DNA of 64,000 bases from Gemmatimonadota bacterium. Lineage in GTDB: Bacteria; Gemmatimonadota; Gemmatimonadetes; Gemmatimonadales; GWC2-71-9. The notes below the pieces were generated by a model. That model ran no database searches. It worked only from the letters and a program-made list of their open reading frames with translations, and was not told the origin of the DNA. Numbering within the stretch: position 1 is the stretch's first letter; each line of letters opens with the position of its first letter. This document shows positions 28,736 through 37,996 of this stretch, one piece after another. Position numbers and translations under genes: made by a program. The stretch is from contig JAZDCY010000042.1 in the NCBI GenBank assembly GCA_036679645.1, positions 96,001-160,000 on the forward strand, in the 5' to 3' direction.

Positions 28736-30394
28736 GTGCAGTTCCCACTCGAAGTCCTAGAAACTCCGCGGTCGCGCCTCCGGCAGGGTGCCGTGATCGT
28801 GCTGCTTCTCAGCCACGCAGTTCTCGCGTGGCTCGCGCGCCTCCCGGCAATCCTGACGGCCCAGGATGACGCCTATTACTTGCTCCTGGGGCGGTCGCTT
28901 CGGCACTTCAGCTATGCCGACATTTTCCAGATAGGCGCGCCAGCCCACCGTCTGTATCCGCCCGGCTACCCAGGATTCCTCGCCGTATTGACGAGCGTTT
29001 TCGGGGAGCGGCTCGACCTCCTCGTGAGCGCCAACATCGTGCTATCCGTATTGGTACTTGCCCTCGTCTACAAAGTGATCAGACAAGTGTCGTCGGACTG
29101 GCTCGCCCTCGCGTCGTTAGCCGTGCTCGTCGTCAATCCCGCGCTCGTGTTTACCCCGGGGATACTCCGTTCGGAGACACTGTTTGCTAGCCTGACCGTT
29201 CTCGCGCTCTTCGCTATCCGCACACCTCACTCGACGCGCAGGCAACTCATCATTGCAGGCACGGCCTGTACGCTGGCAGCGCTAACACGAACGATCGGCG
29301 TTGCGCTTCTCGTAGCCACCGCTGTTCACTGGTTCCTCGAACGGCGCTGGCGGGCCGCGAGCGTGCTGGTGGTCATCGGGGGCGGATTGGCCGGCGCCTG
29401 GCTGGTCTGGTCATTCATGGCTCCCGTCCAATTCGCGGGCGCATCGTACGCTGCAGACTTCGCCGGCTCCCCCTCCCACGGAGCATTGGGCAGCCCCGGA
29501 CTGCTGCACACCGTTGTAACTCGGGTCATGAACAACCTCCCGGAATATGTCGGGCGATCCCTTCCCGCGGCGCTGGCATTCCCAACGCTGCCCGGGACCG
29601 TAGTGGACAACCTGTTTGCGGCGGGGGTTGTCGTCGTTGGACTCACGACAGGGATCATCGTGTTCTTCCGCGCGTGGCGCGTTGCGGGCCTCTACCTGGT
29701 CGTGTATCTCGGCGTGCTCGCAGTTTGGCCATATCGCTCAGGCCGATTCCTCACTCCCCTGTTACCGATCGTGGTCCCAGCAATCCTCATCGGGACGTAC
29801 CAGCTGCTCGCGGTGCGGTGGCGCCAAGTTGCCCGTGTGACCACGACCGCATTGGCGGCGTACCTGTTCGCGGGTGGGACCTATCGCTCGATAGCGACCA
29901 TCAGTGCGGGCGCGTGCCCGCGCGGCTCCCGATACCCGGACAGGAGTTGCGTGAGCCCCGACCAAGCGAGCTTCTTTGCCACACTCCGCTTCATCGAAGC
30001 GAACACGCCGGCGGACGCCACGTTCCTCACCGCCAAGCCGCAACCGCTGTTCTACTATACCGGTCGCCAAACCATTTCGCGCGAGGCCGCAGCCGCACAG
30101 ACTCCCGGGACACTGACGGGCTTTCTCCAGAATCAGAATGTTGACTACATTCTCTTAGCAAGTCTCAACTCCCTCGAGATGAGTCGGTTTCCTGACTTGC
30201 TGGAGCCGAATTGCCGGACTCTCGCAGTAGTTGCGCAGTTCCCTCCCCGTACCGCTCTCTTTCGACCGCGCGCTCAAGCTGATCCGGACGACACGACGGC
30301 GTGCGAGGTCCTCGCTGACCTGCGCCGCGCCAACCTCAACCGGGACTTCGCCAGCGAGTTCAACCCTGCCCGACACAACAAGCGGCGGCAGTAG
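28736..30394 (+). CDS. GT-C fold membrane glycosyltransferase (ArnT/PMT-like)
   Basis: DDAYY..LG.SL, YPPGYP, RSE.LF, LTRTIG, RFLTPLLP; multi-TM. Confidence 0.78.
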   Translation: MQFPLEVLETPRSRLRQGAVIVLLLSHAVLAWLARLPAILTAQDDAYYLLLGRSLRHFSYADIFQIGAPAHRLYPPGYPGFLAVLTSVFGERLDLLVSANIVLSVLVLALVYKVIRQVSSDWLALASLAVLVVNPALVFTPGILRSETLFASLTVLALFAIRTPHSTRRQLIIAGTACTLAALTRTIGVALLVATAVHWFLERRWRAASVLVVIGGGLAGAWLVWSFMAPVQFAGASYAADFAGSPSHGALGSPGLLHTVVTRVMNNLPEYVGRSLPAALAFPTLPGTVVDNLFAAGVVVVGLTTGIIVFFRAWRVAGLYLVVYLGVLAVWPYRSGRFLTPLLPIVVPAILIGTYQLLAVRWRQVARVTTTALAAYLFAGGTYRSIATISAGACPRGSRYPDRSCVSPDQASFFATLRFIEANTPADATFLTAKPQPLFYYTGRQTISREAAAAQTPGTLTGFLQNQNVDYILLASLNSLEMSRFPDLLEPNCRTLAVVAQFPPRTALFRPRAQADPDDTTACEVLADLRRANLNRDFASEFNPARHNKRRQ

Positions 30395-30620
30395 CCGGCC
30401 ATCGCATAGATGCTGCATCCCAGTAACATGCGCCAAAGGAGTTGGAGTGCGGGCCGGTTCGGTGCCCCCCCCCTTGCCCTCGGTTGGTACGCGGCTCACG
30501 GGGGGACGGCGCCCGACCGACGGTGACGTCCAGCAATCCCGATCGGCGTTGGCCAATGACTCTCGCACGCCTCTTGCGCCTGGAGCGAGCATTACTCTTC
30601 CTGGGCAGACCGAGGTCTGA

Positions 30621-32162
30621 TTGCAGATGAAGCCGAGAACGCCACCGGGCGCTCGCAACGTCAGAATGGGCCCTCACCCCTCAATCACGGCTGTGGTTGT
30701 CGCACGGAGAGACTCCGTGCCTGACCACCTTCGTGACCTCGCCACCTCATGCCATGCCCTCGGCATAGAGCTCGTCGTGGTCGGAGTCGCCGATCGCGCG
30801 GTCACTCACACCGTGGAGCAGTTGTCACCCGCGGTGCGCGCGGTCGCGGCGCCCGGGAGCGCCACGGCCGCCGAGCTGCGCCGTATCGGACTCGCGAGTA
30901 CCGACGCCGACATCATCGCCTTTGTCGACACAACACCGGCCGGCGCGATACGCCGGCTGGAGGCTCTTGTTCTTGCCACTCGAGGCGGGGGGGATACCCC
31001 GAACCCCAAGGCCGAACCATTCCTCTCGGTGACCGTCCCTGCACATGGCTGCGCGGAGACTCTCCCCCGCTGCCTGCGTGCCTTGCGGGCGTCTGACCTC
31101 GCACCCGCTCAGTGGGAACTTGTCGTAGTCGATGACGCCAGCACCGACGAAACCGAACTGGTGGCAGCCGAGTATGCCGACACGGTCGTGCGGCTGGCTG
31201 GCAACCCCTACGGGCCGGCCTACGCCCGGAATCGCGGCGCAGACGTGAGCCGCGGCACGGCCCTCGTTTTTGTGGACTCGGACGTCGTCGTTCATCCCGA
31301 TGCCCTGTCACGGTGCGCCGAGCGGTTGTCCACCGACTCCGAAGTGAGCGCCGTGTTCGGTTGCTACGATATGGCGCCGGAGGCACCCGGCCTCTTATCA
31401 AAATACCGCAACCTGCTTCATCACTACGTACATCAGGCGAACGCGGGCCCGGCCGAAACGTTTTGGGCCGGTCTGGGTGCCGTTCGCCGAGGCGTGTTCC
31501 AGGCGGTCGGCGGATTTGACGAGTGGCACTACTCCCGACCTCAGATTGAGGACATCGAGTTGGGAAGAAGACTCCGGCGCGCCGGCCGGACCATCGTACT
31601 CGACCCAAGCATCCAGGGCACACACCTCAAGCGATGGACGCTTGGGCGCATGCTCGCGACCGACTTCAAGAGCCGCGGCGTACCCTGGATGTGGCTGCTA
31701 CTCCACGAGGGCCCGTCACCGGGTTCGGCAGCGCTCAACCTGCGCCGTACGCAGCGGTGGTGCGTCGTGCTTGCCGGGCTGGTCATCCTGGCGGCCGTCG
31801 CATCTCTGAAGTATGGATGGTTGGCGCTCGGAGTAGCGGGGGTCGCCGGCATCGCCATCCTGATGTTGAACCACCAGTTCTACATGTTTCTCAGGAAGCG
31901 ACTTGGCCTGCTGTCGACGCTCGCTTGCATCCCACTACACTTTGCCTACTTTGTCGTCGCCCTGCTATCGTCAGGATCGGGGTGGATCATGCAGGTCTTC
32001 CTCGGGGAGCCCGCACCTTCTCCGGAGCGAGAGGCCTTCGCGCAGGTGGGCTTCAAGACATGGCCGCCCCCGCTAGCACAGCGGTCAACCATGTGGCGCG
32101 CGCCTACCCCTCGAGATCCCGACGCGCCCGTGCGGCGGTCCGCCGTCTCCAATCCGGAATAG
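30621..32162 (+). CDS. GT2 glycosyltransferase with an extra partial GT-A N-terminal domain and C-terminal TM helices
   Basis: SVTVPAH, VVVDDASTDET, GPAYARNRG, FVDSD, GGFDE, IEDIELG. Confidence 0.88.
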   Translation: MQMKPRTPPGARNVRMGPHPSITAVVVARRDSVPDHLRDLATSCHALGIELVVVGVADRAVTHTVEQLSPAVRAVAAPGSATAAELRRIGLASTDADIIAFVDTTPAGAIRRLEALVLATRGGGDTPNPKAEPFLSVTVPAHGCAETLPRCLRALRASDLAPAQWELVVVDDASTDETELVAAEYADTVVRLAGNPYGPAYARNRGADVSRGTALVFVDSDVVVHPDALSRCAERLSTDSEVSAVFGCYDMAPEAPGLLSKYRNLLHHYVHQANAGPAETFWAGLGAVRRGVFQAVGGFDEWHYSRPQIEDIELGRRLRRAGRTIVLDPSIQGTHLKRWTLGRMLATDFKSRGVPWMWLLLHEGPSPGSAALNLRRTQRWCVVLAGLVILAAVASLKYGWLALGVAGVAGIAILMLNHQFYMFLRKRLGLLSTLACIPLHFAYFVVALLSSGSGWIMQVFLGEPAPSPEREAFAQVGFKTWPPPLAQRSTMWRAPTPRDPDAPVRRSAVSNPE

Positions 32163-32195
32163 CGACCAGAGCGGAGTGCTGAGCCCTGGCCACCA

Positions 32196-33722
32196 ATGAG
32201 CGAGTCCACCTTGCCCCGTTCGGTTACGCCACTGCGCTCGGGTGATCATACCGTCGTGATTGGGGGCGGCCCGGCCGGACTCACGGCGGCCTATTTGCTT
32301 GCGAAGGACGGCAACGCGGTAACCGTGCTCGAGGCAGACGATCAGCTTGGGGGCATCTCCCGCACCGCTGAGTACAAAGGGTATCGCTTCGATATCGGGG
32401 GCCACAGGTTCTTTACGAAGGTCAAGCCCGTTGAGGACTTGTGGCAGGAGATCCTTGGCTCCGAGTTCATCCAGGTCCCCCGTCTTTCGCGCATCTTCTA
32501 CAATGGGACGTTCTTCGACTACCCGCTCAAGGCTATCAATGCACTGCGCGGACTGGGACTCTGGAACGCCATCCGCATCGTTGCGAGTTATCTGCATGCG
32601 CACTACCACCCAAGCGAGGTGGAGGAAAACTTCGAGCAGTGGGTCACGAACCGTTTTGGGAAGCGTCTCTATGAAATCTTCTTCAAGACCTATACGGAAA
32701 AAGTGTGGGGCATCCCCTGCACAGAGATTCGTGCGGAATGGGCCGCGCAGCGTATCCAGGGCCTCTCGCTTGCCAAGGCCATTCTGTCCGCCACTTCCCT
32801 CACAAAGCGGTCAACCAAGATCAAGAGCCTCATCAACGAGTTCCAGTATCCTCGGCTGGGACCGGGCCAGATGTGGGAACGCTGCGCCGAGTTGATCACC
32901 GAGCGAGGCGGCTGCGTCCGCATGGGTCACTACGTGACTGGTCTGGAGATGGCCGACGGCCGTGTTCGGGCGGCACAGGTATCCACCTCCGACGGCGAGC
33001 AACGCATAACAGGAGATCACTTCATCTCGACGATGCCCGTTCGGTCACTGGTGCGCGCCCTCGACGGGACGCCATCGGAAGTCCGTCAGGCGGCCGAGGG
33101 ACTCCGCTACCGGGATTTTCTCGTCGTTGCCCTTATCATCGATCAGGCTGATCTGTTCCCCGACAATTGGATATACATCCACACGTCCGGTGTCCAGGTC
33201 GGACGGATCCAGAACTTCGGCAACTGGAGCAAGGCGATGGTCCCGACTCCGGGTCACAGTTGTCTGGGGCTCGAGTACTTCTGCTTCAAAGGCGACGGTT
33301 TGTGGGAGATGCCGGACGCGGATCTGATTGCACTGGCCACTCAGGAACTCGCGACTCTGCGGTTGGCTGACCCCACGAGAGTCGTCGATGGAACGGTCGT
33401 CCGAATGCCGAAGGCCTATCCCATCTACGACGGCTCCTACCGTGAGCATCTCGACCGCGTGCGCTCCTATGTCGATGACATTCCCAACTTGCACCCTGTC
33501 GGCCGCAACGGGATGCACAAGTACAACAACCAGGATCACTCGATGCTCACTGCTATGATGACAATCTGGAATATGCGGGGCGCGCAGCACGACGTGTGGG
33601 CGGTCAACACCGACTTCGAATATCACGAGGAGCAGCGTCTGGAGGAGCCTGCGGGACCATCCCAAGCCGGGGCCTCGGCTGCGGGGAACGGGCCGGCGTC
33701 CCATGAGCAGCGAAATGACTGA
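32196..33722 (+). CDS. FAD-dependent oxidoreductase (HemY-like / UDP-galactopyranose-mutase-related family)
   Basis: VIGGGPAGL, GG..RT, FDIGGHRFF, YTEKVWG, KAYP.YD, GRNGMHKYNNQDHSML. Confidence 0.85.
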   Translation: MSESTLPRSVTPLRSGDHTVVIGGGPAGLTAAYLLAKDGNAVTVLEADDQLGGISRTAEYKGYRFDIGGHRFFTKVKPVEDLWQEILGSEFIQVPRLSRIFYNGTFFDYPLKAINALRGLGLWNAIRIVASYLHAHYHPSEVEENFEQWVTNRFGKRLYEIFFKTYTEKVWGIPCTEIRAEWAAQRIQGLSLAKAILSATSLTKRSTKIKSLINEFQYPRLGPGQMWERCAELITERGGCVRMGHYVTGLEMADGRVRAAQVSTSDGEQRITGDHFISTMPVRSLVRALDGTPSEVRQAAEGLRYRDFLVVALIIDQADLFPDNWIYIHTSGVQVGRIQNFGNWSKAMVPTPGHSCLGLEYFCFKGDGLWEMPDADLIALATQELATLRLADPTRVVDGTVVRMPKAYPIYDGSYREHLDRVRSYVDDIPNLHPVGRNGMHKYNNQDHSMLTAMMTIWNMRGAQHDVWAVNTDFEYHEEQRLEEPAGPSQAGASAAGNGPASHEQRND

Positions 33723-34068
33723 GCCTCTACCGCACGAACTCCGGCTCGCCTTTGCACCACTGCACAAACGGGCGTTCGGCATGGCGGTGGGTGCGGCCGC
33801 TGCGATCGTCGTGTTTGGGGCGACAGCCGTGTACCTGCTCCGGGACCCGCAACCCGGCTTCGACTTGGGTCTGCTGGCAGAGTATTTCTACGGCTATACG
33901 GTCTCCTGGCTTGGCGCGTTCGTGGGAGCGGCGTGGGCCTTCGTAGCCGGATTCGCCGCGGGTTGGTTCGCGGCCTTTTGCCACAATCTCGTGATTGCCG
34001 TGTCGCTGTTCATCGGCCGGACCCGCGAAGAGCTGCGGGCCAATCGCGACTTCCTGGACCACATCTGA
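33703..34068 (+). CDS. Small 2-TM membrane protein
   Basis: L..RAFG.A.G ... LL..YFYGY.VS..GA.VG...F..G...GW..A...N; homologue at 47820-48131. Confidence 0.75.
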   Translation: MSSEMTEPLPHELRLAFAPLHKRAFGMAVGAAAAIVVFGATAVYLLRDPQPGFDLGLLAEYFYGYTVSWLGAFVGAAWAFVAGFAAGWFAAFCHNLVIAVSLFIGRTREELRANRDFLDHI

Positions 34069-34121
34069 TCCAGCAGCCCATGCGGCGCCCACCAGGGCCC
34101 CTCAGACCGATCCGTACCACA

Positions 34122-34150
34122 GGTAAGCACATGTCATATAAGGTGATACG
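34122..34150. promoter_or_regulatory. 29-bp IHF-like element, copy 3, upstream of the second VanZ-like gene
   Basis: GGTAAGCACATGTCATATAAGGTGATACG; flanks (gtaccaca, ccaac) resemble those of copy 1. Confidence 0.5.
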
Positions 34151-34207
34151 ACACCAACTTTCAAAAATGTGGCGCGTCGAACGCTCAAGTCAGCCAAGGA
34201 CCGTTGT

Positions 34208-35272
34208 ATGAGCACAACAGTCGGGAGATCTGCGCGGTCTTCCTGGCTGCTGCCGGTGATCGTGGTCCTCATTACCACGGTCACACTCGTGCCCCAATTG
34301 CACCAAGCGACGTCTCCTCTTGGGTGCTTGCTCTGCGGGGAAGAAGGCCTTTCCGATGCCATCCGGAACGTCATTCTCTTCGCCCCTTTGGGAATCGCCT
34401 TGGCGGCGCGCGGCATGAAACTGTTCACCGCGCTGCTGTTCGGGGCGGCGTTTTCCATCGGCGTCGAGGGGGCGCAGTTCTTCAGGCTGCTCCAAGCTTC
34501 CCTGCCCCGGAGCCGCTACTTCGGACAGTGGACTCCCAAACTGCGTCACCTGGAGTGGTATCACGGGACGGTGCTGGACGCGTCGGTCGGCGGCACCCCG
34601 ATCCCTTCCTGGGAAATCGGTCCCTCGGCCGCGGTCCGCTCGTCGTTGCTGGACGGGGCCACCGTGCTCGTGCACGCGATCGCGGGACCACCCGTCCCCG
34701 CCCTCGGCTCTCTGTTCAGCATCACCGATCACCGACAGCGGGGCATCTTGCTAATCGGACCCAACCAGGACGACCTCGTCTTCCAGGTACGTCCGCGCGC
34801 CGCCGATGTTCTGCTGGATCACCCCAGCAGACGATTCCGTGGCGCGATGGACGGGGTCCATCCCGGTGACACGATCGTCGTTGTGGTGAGCGGCTCCGAT
34901 GACGCGATCTGCATCGCGCTGAACAATCGGCAGGACTGCAATGTTGGCTTCTCTGCCGGCGTGGGGTGGACGTTCATCCAGAACATCTCCGCGCTGCCAT
35001 CATGGGCCGAGAAAGCGATGAACGCGCTCTGGACCATGCTGCTCATGCTACCCTACGCATTTTGGGTCAGACGCGGGTGGCACGGCATCGTTGGAGCCGT
35101 CGTGATCCTCCTTGCCTTATCACTGGCTCCTGTCTTCGTACACCTCGAGCCGATGCGACCCGCGGTGTGGGCGGGCGCGATCATGGGCCTCACCCTCGGG
35201 CGGTTCCTCCAGAAACTGACGGCCCAATCGCAGCAACGGACCGCGTTGCCTGGCGGAAGCTCAGAATCATAG
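34208..35272 (+). CDS. Second VanZ-like protein carrying an in-frame 58-codon deletion (possibly non-functional)
   Basis: Paralog of 20226-21419; GVEGAQFF joins directly to RLLQASLP at about 34484. Confidence 0.78.
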   Translation: MSTTVGRSARSSWLLPVIVVLITTVTLVPQLHQATSPLGCLLCGEEGLSDAIRNVILFAPLGIALAARGMKLFTALLFGAAFSIGVEGAQFFRLLQASLPRSRYFGQWTPKLRHLEWYHGTVLDASVGGTPIPSWEIGPSAAVRSSLLDGATVLVHAIAGPPVPALGSLFSITDHRQRGILLIGPNQDDLVFQVRPRAADVLLDHPSRRFRGAMDGVHPGDTIVVVVSGSDDAICIALNNRQDCNVGFSAGVGWTFIQNISALPSWAEKAMNALWTMLLMLPYAFWVRRGWHGIVGAVVILLALSLAPVFVHLEPMRPAVWAGAIMGLTLGRFLQKLTAQSQQRTALPGGSSES

Positions 35273-35273
35273 G

Positions 35274-36155
35274 ATGAGCGACCCTCCGGAGCTATCCGTC
35301 GTCATCGCCTGCGACCATTCCGGCCACACCCTCCCGCGCACGCTCCGGTCGGTTGCGGAGTCGCTGACGGGAGTAGCTGGCGAGGTTCTGCTGGTCTACC
35401 GTGGCGACGAGCCACCACACGGGCACACGGTCGCCGGGGAGAATGCTCGATACGTCACGGCGCCCGCGGACGCCTCCGTACCAGTGCTGTGGGCTCGTGG
35501 CATCAAGGCAGCCACCGGCGAAGTCGTGGCACTTACAACGGGACACTTCGAGGTGAGTCGGACCTGGGCACGTGCCTTGCTCTCCGAGGTCCGCACGGGC
35601 GCCGTCGGCGCGAGCGGCCCCATTCGACTCGAGGCACACACGGACGTGGTGAGTCGGGCAGTCTATTTCACACGCTACTCGAGCTTCATGAATCCGCCCG
35701 AGGGACCCGCTCACGAGATTCCTGGAGACAACGCAGCGTATGCTCGAAGTGCGCTAGTGCGGCACGCAAGCACATTCGCGAGGGGGTTCTGGGAGGTCGA
35801 GTTCCACCGCCGTATCCGCGCCGAGGGGGGGAGCTTGACATTTACAAACGACGCCTCGGCCCAGATTGGCCTGTCCTACCGTTTCGGGCCGTTCTTCCGC
35901 CAACGATTTCACCACGGCCGGCACTACGGAGCGTACCGCGTCCGACACCGCACACCACGGTGGCGCGTCGCCGGCGTGGCGCCGTTGGTCCCTCTTGTTC
36001 TGGTTGCGCGGATCTTCCTGCGCGCCGTACGCGTTCCCGGAACCCGCATTGCCGCCCTGTCGGCGCTCCCCGCTCTCATCCCTTTTACGATTGCGTGGGC
36101 AGCGGGCGAGGCAATCGGTGCGCTGGCCGGCACCGGCGAGCCAGGTTTCGCATGA
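35274..36155 (+). CDS. GT2-like glycosyltransferase (degenerate DxD)
   Basis: LSVVIA, GEVVALTTGH, GDNAAY.R, FWE, RFHHGR. Confidence 0.75.
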   Translation: MSDPPELSVVIACDHSGHTLPRTLRSVAESLTGVAGEVLLVYRGDEPPHGHTVAGENARYVTAPADASVPVLWARGIKAATGEVVALTTGHFEVSRTWARALLSEVRTGAVGASGPIRLEAHTDVVSRAVYFTRYSSFMNPPEGPAHEIPGDNAAYARSALVRHASTFARGFWEVEFHRRIRAEGGSLTFTNDASAQIGLSYRFGPFFRQRFHHGRHYGAYRVRHRTPRWRVAGVAPLVPLVLVARIFLRAVRVPGTRIAALSALPALIPFTIAWAAGEAIGALAGTGEPGFA

Positions 36156-37063
36156 CTGCACCCGATCCCACCCGCGATGGGTCGGGGACGCCCGTCGTAT
36201 CGGTGGTGGTGGCGTCCTTTCGCGCTGAGAAGCTGCTGAACAGTTGTCTCGACTCCCTCCTGCAGCAATGCGCGGACTTAGGCGCCGAACTACTCGTTGC
36301 GCGCGCCGGAACCGTGGGCCTCGCGCCACTACAGGAACGCTGGCCTACCGTTCGGTTCATTGCCGCGCCAGCGGGGAGTTCGATCCCCGAGTTACGCGGG
36401 ATCGGTCTGGAGGCAGCGCTTGGTGACGTGGTCGCGCTGACCGAAGACCACTGCGTCGCGTCGCCTGACTGGCTGCGCGTGCTGGTCGGGGCAGCCGATC
36501 ATGTTGACGCCGTCGGTGGAGCGATGGACAACGCACAGCGGACGCGTGTGTTGGATTGGGCTGCGTTTTTTTCCGAGTACGGCTTCTTCGCAAAAGGCGC
36601 CGGCACCGGGTCCCGCCCGCTGATCACTGGCGCGAACGTTGCGTACCGACGTAGCGTGGTTGGGGACGTGGCGGCGATGGCGCGGCGTGGCGAGTGGGAG
36701 AACGTCGTCCACGACCACTTGATCGCGGCGGGACACGCACTGGCCTTCGTCGAGGGGGCTGCAGTTTCCCAGAACCAGAACTACCATTTTGGGAGTTTTT
36801 GCATCGACCGGTTCGTGCACGGGCGTGACTACGCCCGCCGACGTCTAGTTACCGAGGGCCCAATGCGACGACGCTGGTGGCGCGTCCTCACGTCTCCCGT
36901 TCTCCCCATCATTCTGACGGCGCGCATCGCGCGCGTCATCGGCCAATCACAGCAAGCCGCCTTCCGACGTGCCCTACCTTTCACGTTCGTCTTCCTCGCC
37001 GCCTGGGGTGTCGGAGAAGCCGTCGGGTACGTGCTCGGTCCACGAGGACAGGCGGTTCCATGA
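36152..37063 (+). CDS. GT2-like glycosyltransferase
   Basis: ATG 36152 overlaps the previous stop; VSVVVAS, GDVVALTEDH, GANVAY.R, WE. Confidence 0.8.
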   Translation: MTAPDPTRDGSGTPVVSVVVASFRAEKLLNSCLDSLLQQCADLGAELLVARAGTVGLAPLQERWPTVRFIAAPAGSSIPELRGIGLEAALGDVVALTEDHCVASPDWLRVLVGAADHVDAVGGAMDNAQRTRVLDWAAFFSEYGFFAKGAGTGSRPLITGANVAYRRSVVGDVAAMARRGEWENVVHDHLIAAGHALAFVEGAAVSQNQNYHFGSFCIDRFVHGRDYARRRLVTEGPMRRRWWRVLTSPVLPIILTARIARVIGQSQQAAFRRALPFTFVFLAAWGVGEAVGYVLGPRGQAVP

Positions 37064-37956
37064 CCGATGGGCCCGACCTCTCGATCATCATTCCATCGGT
37101 CAATGGATGGTGCGACCTCGCGGGGTGCCTCGAGGCGTGCACGGCGCAACTGGGTCCCGGACGGGTTGAGGTCGTTGTCGCCGACCGTGTGGGTAATTCG
37201 GTTCGCACGCGGCTGCGGAAGCGATTCCCGCAGGTTCGCCTACTCGAGGCGCCACCTGGGACGACCATCCCCGCGCTGCGCGGCATGGGCGTACGCGCTG
37301 CACGCGGTCGGGTAGTCGGCGTGATCGAGGACCACATCATCGTACCCGAGGATTGGGCGGAACGCATGCTCGCCGCGCATCGCGCGGGTGCTCTGGTAGT
37401 TGGTGGAGCGGTCGACAACGCGGCGCGCGAAACCATCACGGATTGGGCGGCCTTCCTATGTGAGTATAGCCACTGCCTTGTACCGCCGAGCGGACCGGCC
37501 GACTGGCTGGTGGGCAACAACGTCACGTATCAGCGAGACGTGCTGCAGCGCTTCATATCGGTCTTCGACGATGAGCGCTGGGAGAACGACCTGCACGATG
37601 CCATGCGTCGTGATGGCATCGTACTCGTGAGCCACCCAGAGATCCGCGTGGGACACAAGAAACACTACCGCGCGACGGAATACCTGAGCCAGCGCTATCT
37701 CTACTCCCGGGCGTTCGCTGGCTTGCGCTTCGCCAAGGCGAGCGCGTTGCGCCGCGCCGTGTTCGGCATCGCTGCGCTGGCCTTGCCCCCTGTCCTCTTC
37801 TATCGCATCGTGTCCCGCGTGTGGCGCAGCGGGCGCTACCGCCGCGAGCTCGTTAGGTCCCTTCCGCTGTTGCTTCCCTTCGTGCTCGCGTGGACGAGCG
37901 GAGAGATCGTTGGCTCATGGTTCGGTCCGAATGACGCGCTCTCCCGGGTCTGTTGA
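37060..37956 (+). CDS. GT2-like glycosyltransferase
   Basis: ATG 37060 overlaps the previous stop; LSIIIPS, GRVVGVIEDH, GNNVTY.R, WE. Confidence 0.8.
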   Translation: MTDGPDLSIIIPSVNGWCDLAGCLEACTAQLGPGRVEVVVADRVGNSVRTRLRKRFPQVRLLEAPPGTTIPALRGMGVRAARGRVVGVIEDHIIVPEDWAERMLAAHRAGALVVGGAVDNAARETITDWAAFLCEYSHCLVPPSGPADWLVGNNVTYQRDVLQRFISVFDDERWENDLHDAMRRDGIVLVSHPEIRVGHKKHYRATEYLSQRYLYSRAFAGLRFAKASALRRAVFGIAALALPPVLFYRIVSRVWRSGRYRRELVRSLPLLLPFVLAWTSGEIVGSWFGPNDALSRVC

Positions 37957-37996
37957 CGTGACGGAGGAGGCAGCCTCCCAGAGGAGGTGACTCGCC

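Noticed and set aside
33703..34068. Phage holin / prophage remnant
   Set aside because: Superficially holin-like 2-TM protein, but no phage genes nearby
34171..34184. GG-N10-GC motif before the second VanZ-like gene (also 10335 on +)
   Set aside because: Lacks the TTGC of the -12 element; the 10335 hit has no downstream gene on that strand
35489..36151. Long N-terminal extensions in the ORF track (also 43512-43961, 56997-57299, 17073-17408, 41952-42152, 3697-3888)
   Set aside because: They overlap upstream genes or promoters; downstream starts give stop/start coupling or signal peptides
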